Origin: Candidatus Multivoradales bacterium
GTDB taxonomy: Bacteria; Acidobacteriota; Thermoanaerobaculia; Multivoradales; J023
Assembly: GCA_965248925.1 (NCBI GenBank)
Contig: CBDFLE010000006.1
Coordinates: forward strand, 3,296,001 to 3,360,000
DNA length: 64,000 nucleotides
Reading direction: 5' to 3'
Part shown: piece after piece, positions 59,809 through 64,000 of the stretch
How the letters are laid out: every line of letters starts with the position of its first letter
Position numbering within the stretch: position 1 is the first letter of the stretch
Translations under genes and position numbers: made by a program
The notes under the pieces: model-generated
What the model was told of the DNA's origin: nothing
The model's database searches: none
The model's input: the letters and a program-made list of their open reading frames with translations, nothing else

Positions 59809-61626
59809 CTACGAGCCCCCGTTGGTAAGCTCCTGAATCGCGCGCACCGCGCTGGCGAAGGCTGGATCGATCGATAGCGCCTTCTTGTAGTTGCGTTTCG
59901 CGGCCCTGCGATTGCCTTGTTCGCGATAGGCGTAGCCCAAACTGTCCCAGGTGTTGGCGGACTGGGGATAAAGATCGGTCGCGATCCGAAGTATCGCCGT
60001 TCCCAGACTAGGATTACCGTTTCGCACTAGCGTCAGCCCTTCCTCATTGAGGTAGTCCTCGGGTACCCCTTCTTCTTCCGGATTGGCCCGCAGTAGCGCG
60101 CGGTAGCCGGCAAGCGCTTTCTTGTACCGGCCCGCCACCAAGTGCTCGCGTGGCAGAGTCTCGTCTTTGGCCAGACGGCGATGCTCCTGCCGCCCACCAT
60201 CGCCGAGCACGAACCCGAAAACGGGAACACCGTCGCGTTCGGTGAACTCGATTTCGGCGGAACGATTGCGCCGCAGGAAACGATCCTCACCGACTCGCAA
60301 CAACTCTTCGGCGTCGCCGCCTGCGTAGCGCATAAACAGACGGGAGCCTCGACGCTCGACGGCAACGGCGTTCACCGCAGTGTACCGATACCGTCCTGGG
60401 AGCTTTGTCAACAGGCGCTCGCTAATCGGCTGCGGGCGGTGGGTTTTGTACCCTTCCCAGCCGTAGATCATGGCCACGGCACGTTTCAGCTCGTCCATGA
60501 ACTCCGGATGGTTGGAGTTGATTAGGATCGCGACGCCGTAGCCCTTGTCACGCCGTCCGACCAATTGAGCACAGAAGCCGGCGTCCCAGCCATTGTGGCC
60601 AAAGTAGGCGTGGCCGTCGTGCGTTTCGAGACCGAAGCCGCGTCCATAGTAGGGGTTGATCGGCTCCAGCAGCTTCTCTGCCATCGCGCGGGAGAGCACC
60701 TTGCCGCGGCCCTGGACGGCCGCTTGAACTTCCAAGACGATCTTTGCCAGGTCCTCGGCTGTCGTCCAGAGTCCGGCTGCGGCCATCTCTGGGTAGGTAT
60801 GGCGTTTCCCCGGAACAGGTGAGCCGCTCGGAAAATAGCCTGCGGCAGCGTGTTTCAGGTGGTCCGATGGCAGCGGATTCAGATACGTGCTTCGGGTCAT
60901 GGCCAGCGGTCCGAGCACCCGCGTTTCCATCAAAGCAGGGAACGACGCGCCGGCCGCGTCGACCATCATTAGTTGAGCGACCGTATAGCCGCCCCCTGAA
61001 TAGCGGTAGCGTGAACCGGGCTGGATGTCGATGACCACCGGACCGGTGTTGGCCGGTGCCTCGCCGTTGAGCACCTGGACCGTGGAAGGCACGAGCTCGT
61101 CCGGCGCATACCCGGGGAACCCGTGAACGGTCAGACCCGCGGTATGGCTCAAGAGATGCGTCAGAGTGATCGGCGTGCCGCCGAAGGCGTGCGGTGGGAT
61201 CTTCCAACTGCGCAGGACACCATGAATGTCGTCCTCTAGCGTCAACTTGTCGTCCTGCACCATCTGCAGCGCACCGATGGCCGCTACCGGCTTGCTTACC
61301 GACCCCGCTTGGAACAGCGTTTCCGGCTCCACCGGCTGGCCGGTTTCGCGGTCGCGGACGCCGTAGGTCTTCACCCAATCGATTTTGCCGTCCCAAATCA
61401 CCGCCACGCTGACCCCTGGTACGCCGTGGTGCGCCATGCGCGCCTCGATCGTCCAGCCCTCGTCGCCCTCGAACACGTTGGGCGGTGCCAGGCTGCGTTC
61501 GACCTCGGCGATTCGATCCGCCGAGTCGACCGCGGATAGCGGGTTGGCGGCCAGAGCGATGAGGAAGATCAGGGCGCAGGCATTCTGTAGAACAGCATTC
61601 TGTAGGACAAGAGTGTGCTTCTTCAT
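59809..61626 (-). CDS. Serine hydrolase (class C beta-lactamase-like) with C-terminal TPR
   Basis: FQAGSVSK (SxxK), LLSHTAG, YSGGGY, GHNG; TPR ANTWDSLG; signal peptide. Confidence 0.88.
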   Translation of the reverse strand: MKKHTLVLQNAVLQNACALIFLIALAANPLSAVDSADRIAEVERSLAPPNVFEGDEGWTIEARMAHHGVPGVSVAVIWDGKIDWVKTYGVRDRETGQPVEPETLFQAGSVSKPVAAIGALQMVQDDKLTLEDDIHGVLRSWKIPPHAFGGTPITLTHLLSHTAGLTVHGFPGYAPDELVPSTVQVLNGEAPANTGPVVIDIQPGSRYRYSGGGYTVAQLMMVDAAGASFPALMETRVLGPLAMTRSTYLNPLPSDHLKHAAAGYFPSGSPVPGKRHTYPEMAAAGLWTTAEDLAKIVLEVQAAVQGRGKVLSRAMAEKLLEPINPYYGRGFGLETHDGHAYFGHNGWDAGFCAQLVGRRDKGYGVAILINSNHPEFMDELKRAVAMIYGWEGYKTHRPQPISERLLTKLPGRYRYTAVNAVAVERRGSRLFMRYAGGDAEELLRVGEDRFLRRNRSAEIEFTERDGVPVFGFVLGDGGRQEHRRLAKDETLPREHLVAGRYKKALAGYRALLRANPEEEGVPEDYLNEEGLTLVRNGNPSLGTAILRIATDLYPQSANTWDSLGYAYREQGNRRAAKRNYKKALSIDPAFASAVRAIQELTNGGS

Positions 61627-61822
61627 AGGCGGCTTCCAGTAGATTCGGCGTCGGTTGGGGAGGTCCGGTGTCAACACCTACTCCATCACGGCCTACAGGT
61701 TGCAAGAACAGACCGAAGCATGCAAGGCGGCGGACCGCCCTATCTGGGGAAAGACCTGTGTTTTAGGCCCGATGCTTCTCTTCCAGCGCGATCAATAACG
61801 GGCTTGGATCCGTGGGCCGAAC

Positions 61823-64000
61823 TCAGCCTGGGTCGGGTAGGTCGCAACCAAGGTCCAAGAGTTCCTGACGGCGGCGCAAAATTCGAGCCTCCTTACCGAA
61901 TTCGAGGACGGCTTGCAGCGACTCCTGGCAGGCCTCCTGGGCCGCCACTAATCGTCCTTGATCGAAAAGTGATTTGGCCAGCTCGCGAAAGGTCGCGCTG
62001 ACATGACTCATTGGAGATTCTTCAAGGTGTTGCAAATAGTCAATGGCTCGGCGGACAAAGACCTCAGCTTCCTCGGGGCGCGACTCGGCAGCAGCGATTC
62101 GAGCGCGCAGTTCCATGACCGCCGTAAATACCGGATATACCGTATCGTTGCCGGAGAGGTTGGCTTCCGCCGTCGCAAAAAGGGCCGCCACCTCGGCTTG
62201 CCGACCGTCTTCTTGGAGCCAAATCATGTAGGCGAGAAGAGCTGAAGCATTTGCGATGAGCGGGTGCTTTTCGGCACTCAGGCTCTGTCGGATCTCGACA
62301 CTCTTTCGGAAAGCGCTTTCCGCCGCGGGGTAGTCTTCCTGGTAGCTGAACACTCGCCCAAGAAGATAAAGACTTCGCGCAACTGGGCCTGTTTTCGAGC
62401 CGTACAGGCGCTCTTCCAGGTCGATAATACGATGCAGAACAGTCTCTGCTTCAGGATAGGCTTTGCTGTCCACCAAGCCATAGGAGAGCCGGCTCAAGGC
62501 CGGAACCACGCGGCGGGAATCTGTACCATAGGCCTCTTCGAGAACAGCAACAGCGCGACGGAAATAGTCTAATCCTTGGGGATCGAGCCGACGATGGGCG
62601 ACACTTCCGAGCTCCAGATAGATCTCAGCAAGAATATCTGGACTTGCGGGACTCGCCCCCGGAGCCGTTTCGAGAATCGAAAGGCCTCGGCTTAGTCTCT
62701 CGCTCGCTTCTTCCAACCTATTCATCATGCGAAGCGCGGATCCAGCTTGGATTTCGAGCCGGGCGCCCTGCGAGGAGTCCTCGGGGTCCGCCGCCAACGC
62801 TGCGACGGCTGAGGAATATGCTTCGTCGAAGCGTCCTTCACGAAACCGCAGGTCGGCTACCTTCTCAAGAATGTCGATGCGGGTTTGTCCAATAGCCTCA
62901 TTCGGACGACCTGCCCAGGGGCCCACTGTGTTCAGGAGGTCTCTAGCCTCCTCCAGAAGAGCCTCAGCCTGGCCGAAGTTCTCCCACCGAGCATGGATTC
63001 CAGCCACTGCACCCAACAAGGCGGCCCGTTCGAAGGGCTGGTCACTGAGCTCACTGGCCAGTCCCACAGTTCCGCGTTCAAGAATCTGGCGAGCGGTGAG
63101 TTGGTCGGGGTTTTCAAGCGAACTATCGACCTCGCCTAAAAGACTCTCAAGGAAGCCCGCCAGCCGATCGGAGCCCTGCTGGGCTAGTAAGGCTCGGTCG
63201 AGAGCCTGCTCAGCGGCCTCAGCTTCCAGATCGGCGCGGCAGGCTTCGGTACGGGCACGAACAAATCCGACCGAAGTACCTATGAAACCGACGACTAGGC
63301 TAGCGGCGATCAGGGCGGCCGCAACAAAACATCCGCGATGACGCCGCATCAGCTTGTGCAGCAGGTAGCCGAGCGTCGGCGCGCGGGCACTGACCGGCTC
63401 ACTGGCGAGAAAGCGCTCGAGATCGGCGGCGAGCTCGGCAGCTGAGCCGTAGCGCTCTGACGGATCGAACGCAATCGCCTTGAGAGCGATCCAGTCGAGG
63501 TCACCACGCAACCGTTTAGAGAGCTCGATGGCGCGCTCGCCACGCCGCGCAGCAATCGCCCGCCCGGTGTCCGGCTCGAGGGTGGTCACTCGGGTACTTG
63601 GCCGAGCGACCTGGTCGTCCGCCGAGCGCCGAAGCGCGTCCAAAGGTGTATCGCCGACCTCGGCCCAGGGCCGTAGACCGGTCAGCAGCTCGTAGAGCAC
63701 CACGCCGAGTGAAAACACATCCGACCGCTGGTCGACATCGCCGCCCTGTCCGAGAGCCTCCGGACTCATGTAGGCCGGTGTGCCGATGATCCGGTCACCG
63801 GTCGCCAAAGTGGGATCGGCCAGAGAACTGTCGAGCCCCTTGGCGATCCCCAGATCGATAACCTTGGGCACGGCACGACCGTCGATCTCGGTGACCAGGA
63901 CGTTCGACGGCTTGAGATCACGGTGTAGCAGAAGCTTGCGATGGGCGTGATCGACCCCGCTGCAGACGTCGATGAATAGCCGCAGCCGATCCTCGAGGCC
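61823..64000 (-). CDS. Ser/Thr protein kinase with TM segment and TPRs, 5'-partial
   Basis: HRDLKPSNVLV (read at ~63895-63925), VIDLGIAK, GTPAYMSPE, DVFSLG, LRGDLDWI; TPRs. Confidence 0.92.
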   Translation of the reverse strand, partial: GLEDRLRLFIDVCSGVDHAHRKLLLHRDLKPSNVLVTEIDGRAVPKVIDLGIAKGLDSSLADPTLATGDRIIGTPAYMSPEALGQGGDVDQRSDVFSLGVVLYELLTGLRPWAEVGDTPLDALRRSADDQVARPSTRVTTLEPDTGRAIAARRGERAIELSKRLRGDLDWIALKAIAFDPSERYGSAAELAADLERFLASEPVSARAPTLGYLLHKLMRRHRGCFVAAALIAASLVVGFIGTSVGFVRARTEACRADLEAEAAEQALDRALLAQQGSDRLAGFLESLLGEVDSSLENPDQLTARQILERGTVGLASELSDQPFERAALLGAVAGIHARWENFGQAEALLEEARDLLNTVGPWAGRPNEAIGQTRIDILEKVADLRFREGRFDEAYSSAVAALAADPEDSSQGARLEIQAGSALRMMNRLEEASERLSRGLSILETAPGASPASPDILAEIYLELGSVAHRRLDPQGLDYFRRAVAVLEEAYGTDSRRVVPALSRLSYGLVDSKAYPEAETVLHRIIDLEERLYGSKTGPVARSLYLLGRVFSYQEDYPAAESAFRKSVEIRQSLSAEKHPLIANASALLAYMIWLQEDGRQAEVAALFATAEANLSGNDTVYPVFTAVMELRARIAAAESRPEEAEVFVRRAIDYLQHLEESPMSHVSATFRELAKSLFDQGRLVAAQEACQESLQAVLEFGKEARILRRRQELLDLGCDLPDPG

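Noticed and set aside
59809-61626. Antibiotic-resistance beta-lactamase
   Set aside because: YxN and KTG are replaced by YSG and HNG and a TPR tail is present, so it is a generic serine hydrolase; resistance is not supportable.
49173-64000. ECF sigma at 49173 and the Ser/Thr kinase as a cognate pair
   Set aside because: They are 12 kb apart and the kinase's upstream context lies outside the window, so pairing cannot be shown.

Overview
GC-rich bacterial DNA. The gene content (TIGR02999-type ECF sigma factor, TPR Ser/Thr kinase, secreted proteins ending in 'FxDGFESG', ACIII plus cox genes) suggests Acidobacteriota/Thermoanaerobaculia, which is an inference. From left to right the window holds: (1) the end of a cytochrome bd-like (CydA-like) oxidase operon with three c-type cytochromes and a USP/PCP_red-domain protein; (2) a small sigma / anti-sigma-DUF5678 / aspartyl protease insert; (3) housekeeping and secreted-enzyme genes, including an apparently circularly permuted PA-domain metallopeptidase; (4) an Mrp ATPase plus a PCP_red partner; (5) an uncharacterised 8-gene operon (ferric reductase-Rieske fusion, OlsB-like acyltransferase, DinB, NRDE/TANGO2, hydrolase-DedA-ATP-grasp fusion) divergent from YHS and porin genes; (6) an A-type cytochrome c oxidase operon, actC/D/F, hemY and a NirJ/AhbD-like radical SAM with a PCP_red tail; (7) an accessory region with collagen-like and FG-GAP surface proteins, an IS-disrupted N6-methyltransferase plus PD-(D/E)xK nuclease, a serine hydrolase and a partial Ser/Thr kinase. 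Two candidates stand out as undescribed systems: a distributed PCP_red-domain heme/Fe-S maturation network, and the 8-gene acyltransferase/ATP-grasp/TANGO2 operon. No rRNA, tRNA or CRISPR array was seen. All family calls come from motif recognition by eye; no database searches were run.
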